From: Chiloscyllium plagiosum
Taxonomy: Eukaryota
DNA: 64,000 nucleotides
Direction: 5' to 3'
NCBI RefSeq assembly: GCF_004010195.1
Contig: NC_057720.1
Coordinates: forward strand, 10,963,181-11,027,180
Made by a program: the position numbers and the translations under genes
Notes under the pieces: model-generated
The model's input: the letters and a program-made list of their open reading frames with translations, nothing else
What the model was told of the DNA's origin: nothing
The model's database searches: none
Shown here: piece by piece, positions 13,101 through 28,100 of the stretch
Position numbering within the stretch: position 1 is the first letter of the stretch
Layout: each line of letters begins with the position of its first letter

Positions 13101-16100
13101 TTCCCACAGACACCTGGGAATCACTGGCCCAAGATCATCCAAAGTGGAAGAGGAGCATTCTGGGAAGGCATCGAGCATCTCGAGACTTGCCGTTGGGTAA
13201 AAATGGGAGCCAGGGGAAAACAGTGAAAGGAGCATCCTACCCACCACTTCCCATGACCACCACCTGCCCAACAGCCTGTAGTAGTGAATTGGTCTGTACA
13301 GCACCTGCGGACTCACCCTGAGAGTGGAAGAGAGTCATTCTCGACTGCAAGGGACTGCTGTTGATGACAGAAACTTTGACAGTATGGTTCAGATCAGAGT
13401 GACAAACCATTCACATGGGTTAGAAATGGGCTGAGCTTTGAAATTTCAAATCAACTGCAGATAGTTTTTGATTATGACTGTAATCTGTGTTGTGCAGACA
13501 TTATTGTCCTTTAATAAATCTTTTTCCTAAGAGAATAGCAGCACTAATTCAGATTTCTAAAACAATGTTTGATCCTGCTAATGGGACAAGCTAGAAATTT
13601 CGCAACTAAATATAAACACAGACGCACTATTATATTTAATCTTTGATCTTAATTCCCTGAGAGGTTTCATAAAATTGAACAATGAGTATATTACAAGAGC
13701 AATAAAATTTTATCAACGCAAATTACTGTTCCATTTGATTTGATTTTCACCCTTTTCACGTAATCTACCTAATTAACATCTGGAAGAGCAGATGGTCAAA
13801 CAATGCTCCATCATTCAGCAAGGCGATAGTCATGATGGAGAGAATTGTTTATATTAATAGGAGACTGGGTTACGATCCCTAGATCTGAAGAGATTAAAGG
13901 GATATTTGTTTAATGTAATGAGGGTGATTGGCAGGAGTAGAGTTGGGGATATCTCTCGGGTAATCCTAGGGCAAGGCAACACAATAATTGTGAGATTCCA
14001 TGTTAGATCTACATAGGGACAAATAACTTTCTAAAAGGAAGTTTGAGTTTAAAGGCCAATGTATGATTTCACATTTTGAGAAGAAAGGACTAAAATTACT
14101 GTTGGCTAAACTGAATCTTTATCAGCAATTTAACCATTGAATACTACTGTCTCCATTGCTTCATTTGTCTAAGCCGTGTTGTTCTTTAAGTAGGGCACCA
14201 CAGTGGTTGGCACTGCTGCCTCACAGCACCAGGGACCCAGCTTTGATTCCACCCTCGGACGGCTCTCTATGTGGAGTTTGCATGTTCTCCTCATGTCTGG
14301 ATAGGTCTCCTTCCATGGTCCAGAGATGTACAATTTAGGTGGATCGGCCATGCTATATTTCCCATGGTGTCTGGGGATGTGCAGGCTAGGTGGATTAGCT
14401 ACGGTCAATGCAGGGTTACAGGGATAGGATAGGGGAATGGGTGCACATGGGAATGCTCTTTGGATGGTTGGTATGGACTCAATAGGCCAAAGTACTTTCA
14501 CACTGTCGGGATTCTAAAATGAGGAACAGAATGTGCAGTTCTCCATAAATCAGTCCTAAGTGATTCCCAGCTTCCAAGGGTTCACTTCTGTTCTTTTCCT
14601 TTGTCACCATCTGCTCCGAGAACAATTCTTCATTATGACAATATTGTTGGAGATCCTCCCCCTAGCTTAAACTTTGTGAATCTTCCAGCCCCATTTCAAC
14701 TCATCATAAATGCAGTCTTTTCAATTCAGAGTATAATGCAGACAAGTGCAAGGTGATACGTTTTGGGAGGTCAAATGCAAGAGGAAACTATACAATAAAA
14801 GGCAGGATCCTTAGGAGCATTGATATGTAGAGGGTTATTGGGTGCAAGTCCATAGCTGCCTGAAAGTGGAAACACAGTGGATAAGGTGGTAAAGAAGGCA
14901 TACAACATGCTTGCTTTCATCAGGGCATTTAATATGAAAGTTGGCAAGTCATGGGGCAATAGTACAAGACTTTAGTGTTGACCACATTTGAAATATTGTG
15001 TGTAGTTCCAGCCACCACATTACAGGAAGGAAATGAAGGCTTTAGAGATGGTGTGAAAGAGGTTTACCAGGATGCTGCCTCGATTGGAGTTTATTAACTG
15101 TAAGGAGAGATTGGACAAACTTGGATTGTTTGCGCTAGAGCATCAGTGACTGAGGGGCGACCTGATAGAAATATATAAAATTATGAGAGGCATGGATAGG
15201 GTGGTGGTCAGAGTATTTTTCCCACAAATGTCAAATGCTCAGGGCCTAGGTTTAAGCTGAGAAGGGAAGAGTTTGAAGGATATCTGTAAGATTATTCCTT
15301 TACACAGAGGGTGGTAGGTGCCATGAACTCACTGCCAGGGGAGCTGGTGGAATCAGATGTGACAGGGATGTTTAAGAGGTATTTCAACAGACACATCAAA
15401 TTCAGGGAATAAATGGATGTGGACCACATGCAGGCAGATACGATTAGCTTAGAAGAGTATCAATGTCTGCATAGTCTGGTGGGCCAAGGGGCCTGTTTCT
15501 ATGCTATACTATTCTATGTTCGACTTATGATTATGAGCTTCTACACATTTTCTGATACGGTGAACCGTAAAGACTTACATAAGAACTAGGAGCAGGAATA
15601 GGCCGTCTGACCCCTTAAGCCTGCTCCACCATTCAATAAGATCATGGCTGAACTTTTTGTGGCCTCAACTCCACTTACCCGCCCACTCGCCATAACTGTT
15701 ATTTCCTTTACTATTCAAAAAATTACTTACCTTAGCTTTGAAAGCAGTTACTGAGGAAGCCTCAACTACGTCACTGGGCAGGGAATTCCACAACTTTACA
15801 ACCTTCTGGGTGAAGAAGTTCCTTCTCAATTCAGTGCTAAATCTGTGCTCCTGAATTTGGAGGCTATGCTCTCTTGTTCTAGTTTTAGCCGCCAATGGAA
15901 ACACCCTTTTTACTTCTTTCTTATCTATTCCCTTCATAATTTTATATGTTTCTATAAGATGCCCCCTTCATTCTTCTAAATTCCAATGAGTACTGTTCCA
16001 GCCTATTCAGTCTCTCCTCACTAGCCAACCCCCTCAACTCCGGAATCAACCTAGTGAACCTCCTCTGCATTCCCTCCAGTGCCAGTACATCCTTTCTCAA

Positions 16101-19100
16101 GTAAGGAGACCAAAACTGCAAATAGTACTCCAGGGGTGGCATCACCAGCACTCTGTACAGCAGCAGGATAACCTCCCTGTGTTTAAACTCAGTTCCTTTA
16201 GCAATGAAGGTCAAATTTCCATTTTCCTTCCTAATTGCCTGTTGTACCTGCAACCTTCTGCGATTCACGCACAAGGACACCCAGGTGCAGCATGCTGCAA
16301 TTATTTACCAGTGAAATGATTGTCCTTTTTACTGTTATTCCTACTGAAATGGATGACTTCACATTTATTAACACTGTATTCCATGTGCCAGACCTTTGCC
16401 CACTCACTTAAACTATCTGTGTCCCTTTGCAACATTTCACATTTCAAAGCACACTTTGCTTTACCACTCAGCTTAGTGTCATCCTCAAACGTTGACACAC
16501 TAGACAAGGTCCCCAACTCCAAATCATCTATGTAAATTGTGAATAATTTGCGGTCCCAACACTGATCCCTGAGGTACACCACTGTCACGGATTGTCAACC
16601 AGAAAAGCACTCATTTATCCCCGCTCTTTGCTTCCTGTTAGTTAACTAATCCTCTATCCATGCTAATCCATTGCCTGTAATGCCTTGCATCTTTATCTTA
16701 TGCCGCAACCTTTGTGCAGCAACTTGTTAAATGCCTTTTGGAAATCTACTGGGTGCCCATTGTCCACCATGCTCATAACGTCTTCATAGAATTCCAGTGG
16801 ATTAATTAAACATGACCTGTCTTTCATGAACCCATGCTGTGTCTGCCCAACGGGACAGTTTCTATCTAGATGCCTTGCTATTTTTTCCTTGATAATAGAT
16901 TCAAGCATTTTCCCCACGACAGAAGTGAAGCTAACTGGTCTATAATTCCCCATCTTTTGTCTACCTCCTTTTTAAACAGTGGTGTCACATTTGCTGTTTT
17001 CCAATCTGCTGAGACCGCCTCAGAGTCCAGCGAATTTTGGTTAATTATGACAAGTGTACTTGCTATTTCTCCCGCCATCTCTTTTAGCACCCTGGGATGC
17101 ATTCCATCAGGGCCAGGAGACTTGTCTACCTTTAGCTCCATTAGCTTGCTCAACACTACCTCTTTCGTGATAATGATAGTTTCTAGGTCCTCATCTATCT
17201 TCATCTCCTTATCAATTACTGGCATGTTATTAGTGTCCTCTACTGTGAAGACTGATACAAAATACCTAATAAATGCCTTGGCCATTTCATCATATCCCAT
17301 AACTAGATCCCCCTTCCTATCCTCCAAAGGACCAATGTTTACTTTAACCACTCTTCTTCATTTTACATATTTATTGAAACTTTTGCGATGTGTCTTTATA
17401 TTCTGTGCTAGTTTATTCTCTTTTCTTTATGACTTTTTTGTGGCTTTCTGTTGAACTTTAATCTTCTAGTTCCCAACCTACTAGTTTCCCGATGATCTTG
17501 GCCACTTTGAATGCCTTCTCTTTCAATTTGATACCCTCCCTTATTTACTTAGACACCCTGGGCAGATTACCCCTTTTCCTACAGTCCGTCCTTTTCACTG
17601 GAATATACTTTTGCTGAGCACTTTGAAAAATTGCTTTGAAAGTCCTCCATTGCTCGTCAAGTGTCCCACCGTAAAATCTTTGTTTCCAGTCTACTTTAGC
17701 CAACTCCTCCCTCATCCTATTATAGTCTCCCTTGTTTAAGCACAGGAAGGTGGTATTGGATTTTATCTTCACACGCTCCATCTGTATTCTAAATTCTAAA
17801 TACAATCACAGTATTCTAAATACTGTGATCGCTCCTGCCAAGACAATCCTAATAATGAGACAATTAACTATTCCTGTCTCATTACACAGCTTTAGATCTA
17901 GGAAAGCTTGCTCCCTCAACGGTTCTATTACATACTATTCAAGAAACCTATCACAGCCTGTAGTTTGTCTCTCTGTCTTTTCCTTTTACACTCTCTCTTT
18001 GTCTCTGTCTTTTTCTGTCTTTGACTCCGTCTTTCTCTCTCTCTCTCTCTCTCTCTCTAACCACCACTATAACCCACCCAGACCCTGACTTACTCATCCA
18101 GCTGTGATTTAGGGAAGCCTGTAACCCGATCTTCACAATGATTTGCTCTGTACCCCTTGCCTGTGACAACACGTACCACGTGGGCCTGGTATCCAGGTAT
18201 AAATGTTAATTAGTTGGTTTTTTTTCAAAGCACAGCTCTATCCTATTCTGGAATCAAAAGGGCAATTCAAAGGATACCCTTTTATAAACTGAAGTTCTTA
18301 ATACTTCCCTTTCAGCTAATCAGCTGCCTCCTTCATTATCTGCAGATGTGAATGCCATTCACTTTCATTTTCACCAGTAATACAGTCTAGGTTCCCTCTG
18401 TAATCTTTAGTGGTCCCATTAACTGGCAGACTGGGCCACAGATCATGTGACCTTCATATTTTTCCTAAATTTAAAGGCCATTCCAAGATATTATAATCTC
18501 AGGAACCATATACCTATAGTAACTAAGCTGGTTCAAAGCAAGGAAGATGCGACAATAGGATGCCAAAGCTGGAAGATCAATAGAGATGTTTTGAAAGGGG
18601 ACCATCACTTATTGTTGTGGTTCTGTTCACCGAGTTGGGAATTTGTGTTGCAGACGTTTCGTCCCCTGTCTAGGTGACATCCTCAGTGCCTGGGAGCCTC
18701 CTGTGAAGCGCTTCTGTGATGTTTCCTCCTGCATTTATAGTGGTTTGTCTCTGCCGCTTCCGGTTGTCAGTTCCAGCTGTCCGCTGGAGTGGCCGGTATA
18801 TTGGGTCCAGGTCTATGTGTTTGTTGATAGAATCTGTGGATGAGTGCCATGCCTCTAGGAATTCCCTGGCTGCTCTCTGTTTGGCTTGTCCTATAATAGT
18901 AGTGTTGTCCCAGTCAAACTCATGTTGCTTGTCATCCGCGTGTGTGGCTACTAAGGATAGCTGGTCATCCTTAGTAGCCACAGAAATGTTCAGAAATGCT
19001 CTTGATGTATGGTAGTGTGGCTAGTCCTTTGGTTTGTGGCATGTCCTCATTCCATTGTCTTTCCCTTAGGCATCTGTTGATGAAATTGCGGAGGTATCTG

Positions 19101-22100
19101 TTTTTGGCAAATACATTCTGGAGGTGTTCTTCTTCCTCTTTTTGCAGTTCTGGTGTACTGCAGTGTGTTGTGGCCCTTTTGAACAGTGTCTTGATGCAAC
19201 TTCTTTTGTGTGTGTTGGGGTGGTTGCTTTCGTAGTTCAGGACTTGGTCTGTGTGTGTGGCTTTCCTGTAAACCTATCAACAAACACATCGACCTGGACC
19301 CAATATACCGGCCACTGCAGCGGACAGCTGGAACTGACAACCAGAAGCGGCAGGGACAAACCACTATAGATGTCGGAGCAAACATCACAGAAGCGCTTCA
19401 CAGGAGGCTCCCAAGCACTGAGGATGTCACCTAGAAAGGGGACGAAACGTCTGCAACACAAAGTCCCAGCTCGGCGAACAGAACCACAACAACGAGCACC
19501 CAAGCTACAAATCTTCTCACAAACTTTGAACCATCACTTATAAAATCATAGAGTCATAGAGCACAGAAACCGACCTTCGGTCCAACCAGTCTGTGTCAAA
19601 CATAATTCCAAACTAATCTAGTACCATCTGCCTGCTCCGGCCATGTTCCTCCAAACCTTTCCCATTTGTGTACTTGTCCAAATGCCTTTTAAATATTGTA
19701 ACTGTACCTACATCCACCACTTCCTCAGGAAGTTCATTCCACACATGGACCTCTCTTTGTGTAAAATATTTGCCTCTCGTGTCTTTGTTAAGTCGCTCTC
19801 CTCTTACCTCAAAAATGTGCCCACATAACTTGAAATCTTTCATGCTAAGGAACAAACAACTACCATTAACTCTATCTAAATTCCTCATAAACTATAAACT
19901 TCTAAAAGATTTTGGTCAATAAGTTTGCTCAGACAACAAATGAAGAGCCGCAAATAAAAGTTAGAGGATAGTGGATGACAAAAATAGATTACATTTGAGC
20001 TGATCTGTATATAAAGTAATTATTAAAACTCTTAACTGTATTGATTAGCAAGGTCAGCATCTTTTCCCCTTGGTCTGAGTGGCTTACTAAGCCATTTCTG
20101 AGGGCAGTTAGGAGTAAACTACGTAGTGACTGGAGTCACCCACAGTATAGGGGGTAGATTTCCTTTCCTTAATGATTTTTGAACTTTTAAATTAATGGTT
20201 GTTTCATGGTCACATCACTTGAGGTTATCTTGCAGTTCCAGATGAATTGACTGAATTCAATTTCCACCAGGTGGCATCATGAGGTTTGAACCCATGTCCC
20301 AGCACATTAACATAGACCTCAAGATTACTAGACTAGCAGCATTACCTCTACACCACCATCTTTCCCAAAAATGTGCATTTATGTGGCATCTTTAACAGAA
20401 CAACATTTCTCAAAGCTTATCAGAGGCGAATTATCAACTAAAATCTGAACTTGAGTCATAGAAGATGTTAGAGCAGATGACCAAAAGGTTGATTACGATA
20501 AGGAGGAGAGAGAGTTGGAGAGGTTTAGGAAAACAATTAATGTAATTGTCTTAAAATGAGGTGTGCACTAGGCAGCCACAAATATCTGCTTTTATTCTGA
20601 TTTAAACCATGTAAAGGCAATTGTCATTAGAATAAGAGTGGCTCAGTGGTTAGTATTGCTACCTCCTAGCACCAGAGACCTAGGTTCAATTCCAGCCTCA
20701 AGCAACTGCCTGTGTAGAGATTGCACATTCTCCCTGTGTCTGTGTGGGTTTCCTCCGGGTGCTCCAGTTTCCTCCCACAGTCTAAAGATGTGCAGGGTAA
20801 GTCAATTGGCCATGCTAAATTGCCTGTAGTGATGATTTGGAGATGCCAGTGTTGGACTGGGGTGTACAAAGTTAAAAATGACACAACACCAGGTTATAGT
20901 CCAACAGGTTTAATTGGAAGCACTAGCTTTCGGAGTGATGCTCCTTCAGTGCCTGGTGAAGGAGTAGTGCTTCCAATTAAACCTGTTGGACTATAACCTG
21001 GTGTTGTGTGAATTTTTAACCTTGCCTGTAGTGAGCAGGGTTATAGAGTAGGGAGGTGGATCTGAGAGGAGTGCTGTTTGGAGGGTCAGTATGGACTTGA
21101 TGGACCAAATAGCCTGCTTCCACACTGTAGGGATTTTATAATAACGTCTCCTATTTTTTACGGATTAGAATGGTGCTGGACTCCTATTTTTTACACATAT
21201 ACCTATTGCAGCAACAACAATTTAGAGTTTTATAGATTATTGTCACAGATGATTGAATGTCTACATTTTAAAAACTATAATGTAAGGTTTTTTAATTCAG
21301 TCATGGGAAATGGTCATCGCCAATTATTGTTCATCCTTAATTGTCTTTGAGATAGAGGTAGCAAGCTTCCTTCTTGAACCTCTGCAGTCCTTGGGGTGTT
21401 GCTAGACCGACTATGCTGTTTATTTATCCTCCTGCTGTGTTTTGAAGTGGGCTCTAATGTTCTGCTGTCAGTCACTTCCTGTGTTGCTGTTTTGTGTGTG
21501 CCTGAGGACATCTTGTGGTTGTTGTGTGACATGTCACCCTATCTTTCAATATTTCAGAAATTTGAGGGGACAGTGACTGGCCATAAGTTGCAGATAGCTC
21601 ACCTTAAATCCCAGCTGCTAGCTCTGAAAGATCAGCTTGCCATGGACAAAGAGGTTCTGAAGAAGGCAACACGAGCTCAAAGAAAGAGAGCAGAGAGATT
21701 TGAAGCTGCTGTGGAAGAACTTAATTCCCAGTTCAAAGAAAAGGTGACTATTGTATATTCCATTTCTGGCAATCGGAATTTTACTTCTTGCTTCTTAATG
21801 TTGCAAAAACGAAAATTTTTGTCATCCTGAGTGTTTGAGTCAAAGAGTCTAAAAGGAGTTTGGTTTGAACATCAGTTTGTTCTGAATTCAATAATTCCAG
21901 CTGTTAAAGGGGATGCTAACATTAAATTGGCTGTGCCCTTATTTGCAATTTTGGCTCCTCAGCATCTCCAGAGTTTAGATTAGAGTGGTGCTGGAAAAGT
22001 ACAGCAGGTCAGGCGGCATCCGAGGAGCAGGAAAATCGACGTTTCGGGCAAAAGCTCAGCATCTCTAGCCCAGGGCATTGAGCTGATGTCATAGTGAACC

Positions 22101-25100
22101 CAGGTGACTCTGAGCACACCACAGATCAAACCTTTTGTGTCGGTCCTGTCTCTTTCTGTTTAAACATCCTAATGAAATTACCTGGCTTCTTTTTGTGCAC
22201 TGTGAAATGTTTCAGGATCTGAAGTTGCGAGAGGTTCGTCTGGCCATTGAAACCCAAAAGAAACAAAACGATTTGGCTTCTGCGGTAAAGGCCCAGTTGG
22301 AAACCAAAGTTTTTTCCCTTTCACAGTGAGTTGAGCTGATTTGTTAGAATTTAATAAATGTGGTGAGCTGTGATATATTCAGTCCTCACACTGATAACTT
22401 TCACCTTTTCTTATATGCAATTAATTGTATTTGGATCCATTGTATGATAGAGTCATAGGGATGTACAGCATGGAAACAGCAACTCGTCCATGCCGACCAG
22501 ATATCCTCAAATAATTTAGTCCCATTTGTCAGCATTAGACCCATATTCCTGTCAGGAGGAACTTCACTAATTCTAAGAATACGAGCGGCAGGATTTCATT
22601 TGGTGTAATCAAATTCCGGATGACTGAATGCCGCATAACATTGTTAAGCCAAGCATTGGGAACTTGCAACCTTGTCTGGATAGTCTGAAACTCAGTTAAT
22701 CGAATGCCAGATAATCGAGGTTCCTGTGTAAACCCTTCCTATTAGGGTGGCACAGTGGCTCAGTAGTTAGCACCCTGGATTCAATTTCAGTCTTGGGCGA
22801 CTGGCTGTGTGGAGTTTGCACATTCTCCCTGTGTCTGCATGGGTTTTTTTCTGGGTGCTCCGGTTTTCTCCCACCATCTAATGATATGCAGGTCAGGTGA
22901 ATTGGCCATGTTAAATTGCCCATAGTGTTAGGTGCATTAGTCAGAGGGAAATGAGTTACTCTTCAGAGAGTCAGTGTGGACTTGTTGAGCTGAAGGGCCT
23001 GGTTCCATACTAGGAAATCTAATCTAACCTGTTCATGTACCCATCCAGATGCCTTTTAAATGTTGTAATTGTACCAGCCTCCACCACTTCCTCTGGCAGT
23101 TCATTCCATACAAACACCACCCTCTGCGTGGAAAAGGTGCCCCTTAGGTCCCTTTTAAATCTTTTCCCTCTCACCTTAAACCTGTTATGGACCAGGCCAG
23201 ACCCCCCCCCCCCAACACATTTCAAGAAGGTAGCTCAGATCCTAACTTGCTAGTTGTTTTGAGCAAATGTCTAGTGGATATTCCAGGAGTGATGCAGCTG
23301 GTCAAACCACTTAATTTTAAACAAAAAATAATTTATTTGCAAGATTACTGAATGAAATACAAACACAAAAGAACAGAATATAAAATAACTTTACTTAAAA
23401 ACCCAACAGACTATCTCAACTGAATGATGCAGTTTCCAAAAACTTGCAACATCTCCATAAACACCCCTTGGGAAAAAAGGTACAATCACAGGAGAAGGAG
23501 AAATGTCAGAGGGATTCAGCATGGAACAGAACACCTCCTTCCATGGAGCTGTTTCTTTGACCAGCAGCCTCAAAACTGACTGACAGCTTTCTCCGAACAG
23601 CTAGACCTCCCAAAAACCAAACCAAATAAAAGCTGACCTGGGAGAACTGGCCACTCCCCTTTCATTGTACAAGTTTTTTTTAACTTAAAAACCTTCTTCA
23701 AGTAGATCAACCCAGTCATTTTGGCAACTCTGCCTTGGACAACTCTTATGGAAAAAGAACAGGGACTTCACAACCTTGTTTAAAGAGCAGCAGCATCTCA
23801 AACCTATGCCCTCTATTTTTGGATTCTCCCATTCCAGAGAGAATACCTTGTCTATTCACCTACCTATGTCCCTCATGATTTTGTAAACATCTATAACATC
23901 ACCCTGCAGGTTCCGAAGCTCCAGGGAAAGGCAAGGACTGATTAGGGATAGTCAACATGGCATTGTGCATGGGAAATCATGTTTCACATACTTGATTGAG
24001 TTTTTTGAAGAAGTAACAAAGAGGATTGATGAGGGAAGAGTGGTAGTTGGGAAACATATGGATTTCAGTAAGGCTTTCAACAAGGTTCCCCATGGGAGAC
24101 AGATTAGCAAGGTTAGATTTCACGGAACACAGGGAGAACTAGCCATTTGGATACAGAACTGGCTCGATGATAGAAGACAGATGATGGTGAAAGAGGGTTG
24201 TTTTTCAGACCGGAGGCCTGTGACCAATGAATTCCACAAGGATCGGTGCTGGGTCCTCTACTTTTGTCATTTACATAAATGATTTGGATGCAAGCATAAG
24301 AAGTACAGTTAGTAAGTTTGCAGATGACACCAAAATTGGAGGTGTAGTGGACAGCGAAGAGGGTTACCTCAGATTACAACAGGATCTTGACCTATGGGCC
24401 AATGGGCTGAGAAGTGGCAGATGGAGTTTAATTCAGATAAATGTGCATTTTTGGGAAATACACATCTCAACAGGACTTATACACTTAATGGTAAGATCCT
24501 AGGGAGTGTTCCTGAACAAAGACACCTTGGAGTGCAGGTTCATAGCTCTTTGAAAGTGGAGTCGCAGGTAGATAGGATAGTGAAGAAGGCATTTGGTATG
24601 CTTTCCTTTATTGGTCAGAGTATTGAGTACAGGAGTTGGGAGGTCATGTTGCGGCTGTACAGGACATTGGTTAGCTGTTGGAATATTGCGTGCAATTCTG
24701 GTCTCCTTCCTATCGGAAAGATGTTGTGAAACTTGAAAAGCTTCAGAAAAGATTTACAAGGATGTTGCCAGGGTTGGAGGATTTGAGCTATAGGGAGAGC
24801 TGAACAGGCTGGGGCTGTTATCCCTGGAGCGTCGGAGGCTGAGGGGTGACCTTACAGTGGTTTACAAAATTATTAGGGTCATGGATAGGATAAATAGACA
24901 AAATCTTTTCCCTAGGGTGGGGTAGTACAGAACTAGAGGGCATAGATTTAGGGTGAGAGGGGAAAGATATAAAAGAGACCTAAGGGGCAACGTTTCACAC
25001 AGAGGGTGGTACGTGTATGGAATGAGCTGCCAGAGGAAGTGGTGGAGGCTGGTACGATTGCAGCATTTAAGAGGCATTGGGATGGGTATATGAATTGGAA

Positions 25101-28100
25101 TGGTTTGGAGGGATATGGGCCAGGTGCTGGTAGGTGGGACTAGGTTGGGTTGGGATATCTGGCCGGCATGGACAGGTTGGACCGAAGCATCTGTAACCAT
25201 GCTGTACATCTCTATGACTCTATGAAATCGCCCCAGCCAAAAACTTGGATTGTTGTCACTGACAGTGGCTGAGGGGCGACCTAATAGAGTTTATGAGAGG
25301 CAAAGATGAGGTGTATAGTTGGACTCTCAATCCCGGGGCGGCATGTCAAATGCTAAAGGGGCATAGGTTGAAGGTGAGAGGGGAAAAGTTTAAAGGAGGT
25401 GTGCGAGGCAAGTTTTTTACACAGAGGATTGTGGGTGTCTGGAACACACTGTCAGGAGAGGTGGTAGAAGCAGCTACAGTAGCAATGTTTAAGAAGCATT
25501 TAGACAGACACATGAACAGACAGGGAATAGAGGGATGCAGATCATGTGCAGGCAGATAGGATTAGTTTAGAATAGCATCCTGGCCAGTACAGTCAAGGTA
25601 GGCCGAAGGGCCTGTCCTGTGCTGTTCTATGTTCTATAAGCTTGATCATCTACCTATAAAAATCTGTGAGGGCATCATTATATCATTTCATTTCACTAGA
25701 ATCACATGCCACAGAAAGGACAGCAGACCCCGAGAACACCATCACCAAATTGGTAAGAGAACCAAGAGTTGTGGGGTAAAGGCAGGTAACAGGAGCTGAA
25801 GATTATCAGATCAACCATGATCTCAATTGAATGGCAGTGCAGATTCAATGGGCTGAATGGACTACTGTTGCTCCTGTGCCTTATGATTTTCTCTTACCTT
25901 CACTTTTTCTTCCGGGTCACACACGTTCCTGATTTGGAATTGTGTATCACTGTTCCGTCACTGGGTTAGAATTCTGGTGCCTTCTCTGACTCTGTAATAG
26001 CGCTAAGGGGGTACCTGCAGTAACTCAAGAGGCATCTCACCATCGGCTGTTCAAGGACATTTAGGAATGGACAACAAAGTCTGATCTTTCTGGCGATGTT
26101 CACATTCTGTGAACAAATATTACAAAAAAAGAGTCATAGAGATGTACAGCATGGAAACAGACCCTTCGGTCCAACCTGTCCACACCGACCAGATATCCCA
26201 ACCCAATCTAGTCCCACCTGCTATTACCCGGCCCATATCCCTCCAAACCCTTCCTATTCATATACCCATCCAAGTACCTCTTAAATGTTGCAATTGTACC
26301 AGCCTCCACCACTTCCTCTGGCAGCTCATTCCATACATATACAACCCTCTGTGTGAAACAGTTGCCCCTTAGGTCTCTTTTATATCTTTCCCCTCTCACC
26401 TTAAACCTATACTCTCTAGTTCTGGACTCCCCAACCCCAGGGGAAAGACTTTGTCCATTTATCCTATCCGTGCCCCTCATCCTGGATCTTTCCCCATCAC
26501 TCTTGCAATCTTTATTATTTTAGCGAGTTTTGAGAAGATTTGTAGCTCAGGTTGACATTTTGGATGTAGGTTTGCTCACTGAGCTGAAAGGTTCATTTCC
26601 AGATATTTCGTTACCCTACTAGGTAACATCTTCAGTGAGCCTCCGTGTGGAAATGAACCCTCCAGCTCAGCGAGCAAACCTACATCCAGATCTTTATTAT
26701 CTTTTTCATCTTACACTATATGTATGGATGTGTGTGTGTATATATTCCATTATCTTTCGAGGATTGTAAATAAACTGCTGGAGAAACTCGGCAGAGGAGA
26801 GAGAAACTGGAGTGTTTTTGAGTCCAATGTGACTCTTCTCTTGAGCTTTTCCTTTACAAAGTTGCTGCTGAAAATGCTTTTGACCCCCCTCACAGACTGC
26901 ACAAACCAGATCGTCATAACTCGCTGGATTCAAAAGATGGTTTCTCATCTTCCTGTTTATTCTTCTGCTAAGTATCTCTCTCCTCCTGTCATTTCTCGTC
27001 TATCAAAACTCATTGTGTGCCCTTTATTTGCCTAATTTTTCCAGACCAAAGGGGTAGCCATGGACACCTGTATGGGCCCCAGCTATGCCTGTCTCTTTGT
27101 TGGCTACGTAGAACAGTCGATCTTCCGTAATTACACCGGCACCACTCCCCACCTCTTCCTCCGTTACATTGATGACTGCATTGGCACCACCTCGTGCTCC
27201 CGCGAGGAGGTTGAGCAATTCATCAACTTCACCAACACATTTTACCCTGACCTTAAATTTACCTGGACCATCTCTGACACCTCTCTCCCCTTCCTGGACC
27301 TCTCCATCTCCATTAGTGACGACCGACTTGACATCGACATTTTTTACAAACACACCGACTCCCACAGCTACCTGGATTACACATTTACCCCCCCTACCTC
27401 CTGCAAAAATGCCATCCCGTATTCCCAATTCCTCCGCCTTTGCCTTATCTGCTCCCAGAACACACCAGATGGCCTCCTTCTTTAGAGATCGCAATTTCCC
27501 TTCCCGCGTAGTTAAAGATGCCCTCCAACGGATCTTGTCCACATCCCACACCTCCACCCTCAGACCCCACCCCTCCAACCGTAACAAGGACAGAACACCC
27601 CTGGTGCTCATCTTCCACCCTACCATCCTTCGCATAAACCAAATCATCCGCCGACATTTCCGACACCTCCAAACAGATCCCACCACCAGGGATATATTTC
27701 CCTCCCCACCCCTTTCCGCCTTCCGCAAAGACCGTTCCCTCCGTGNNNNNNNNNNNNNNNNNNNNNNNNNNNNNNNNNNNNNNNNNNNNNNNNNNNNNNN
27801 NNNNNNNNNNNNNNNNNNNNNNNNNNNNNNNNNNNNNNNNNNNNNNNNNNNNNNNNNNNNNNNNNNNNNNNNNNNNNNNNNNNNNNNNNNNNNNNNNNNN
27901 NNNNNNNNNNNNNNNNNNNNNNNNNNNNNNNNNNNNNNNNNNNNNNNNNNNNNNNNNNNNNNNNNNNNNNNNNNNNNNNNNNNNNNNNNNNNNNNNNNNN
28001 NNNNNNNNNNNNNNNNNNNNNNNNNNNNNNNNNNNNNNNNNNNNNNNNNNNNNNNNNNNNNNNNNNNNNNNNNNNNNNNNNNNNNNNNNNNNNNNNNNNN

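Larger units (their letters stand above)
18613..19529 (-). mobile_element. Penelope-like element, truncated, with inverted pseudo-LTR arms and 12-bp TSD
   Basis: Minus-strand HEFDWDNTTIIGQAKQRAAREFLEAWHS; inverted arms ~18613-18830 and ~19275-19491; accatcacttat at 18601-18612 and 19530-19541. Confidence 0.9.

Noticed and set aside
25700..25752. AG/GT-bounded segment as the missing exon
   Set aside because: 53 nt gives the wrong phase and no convincing coiled-coil similarity.
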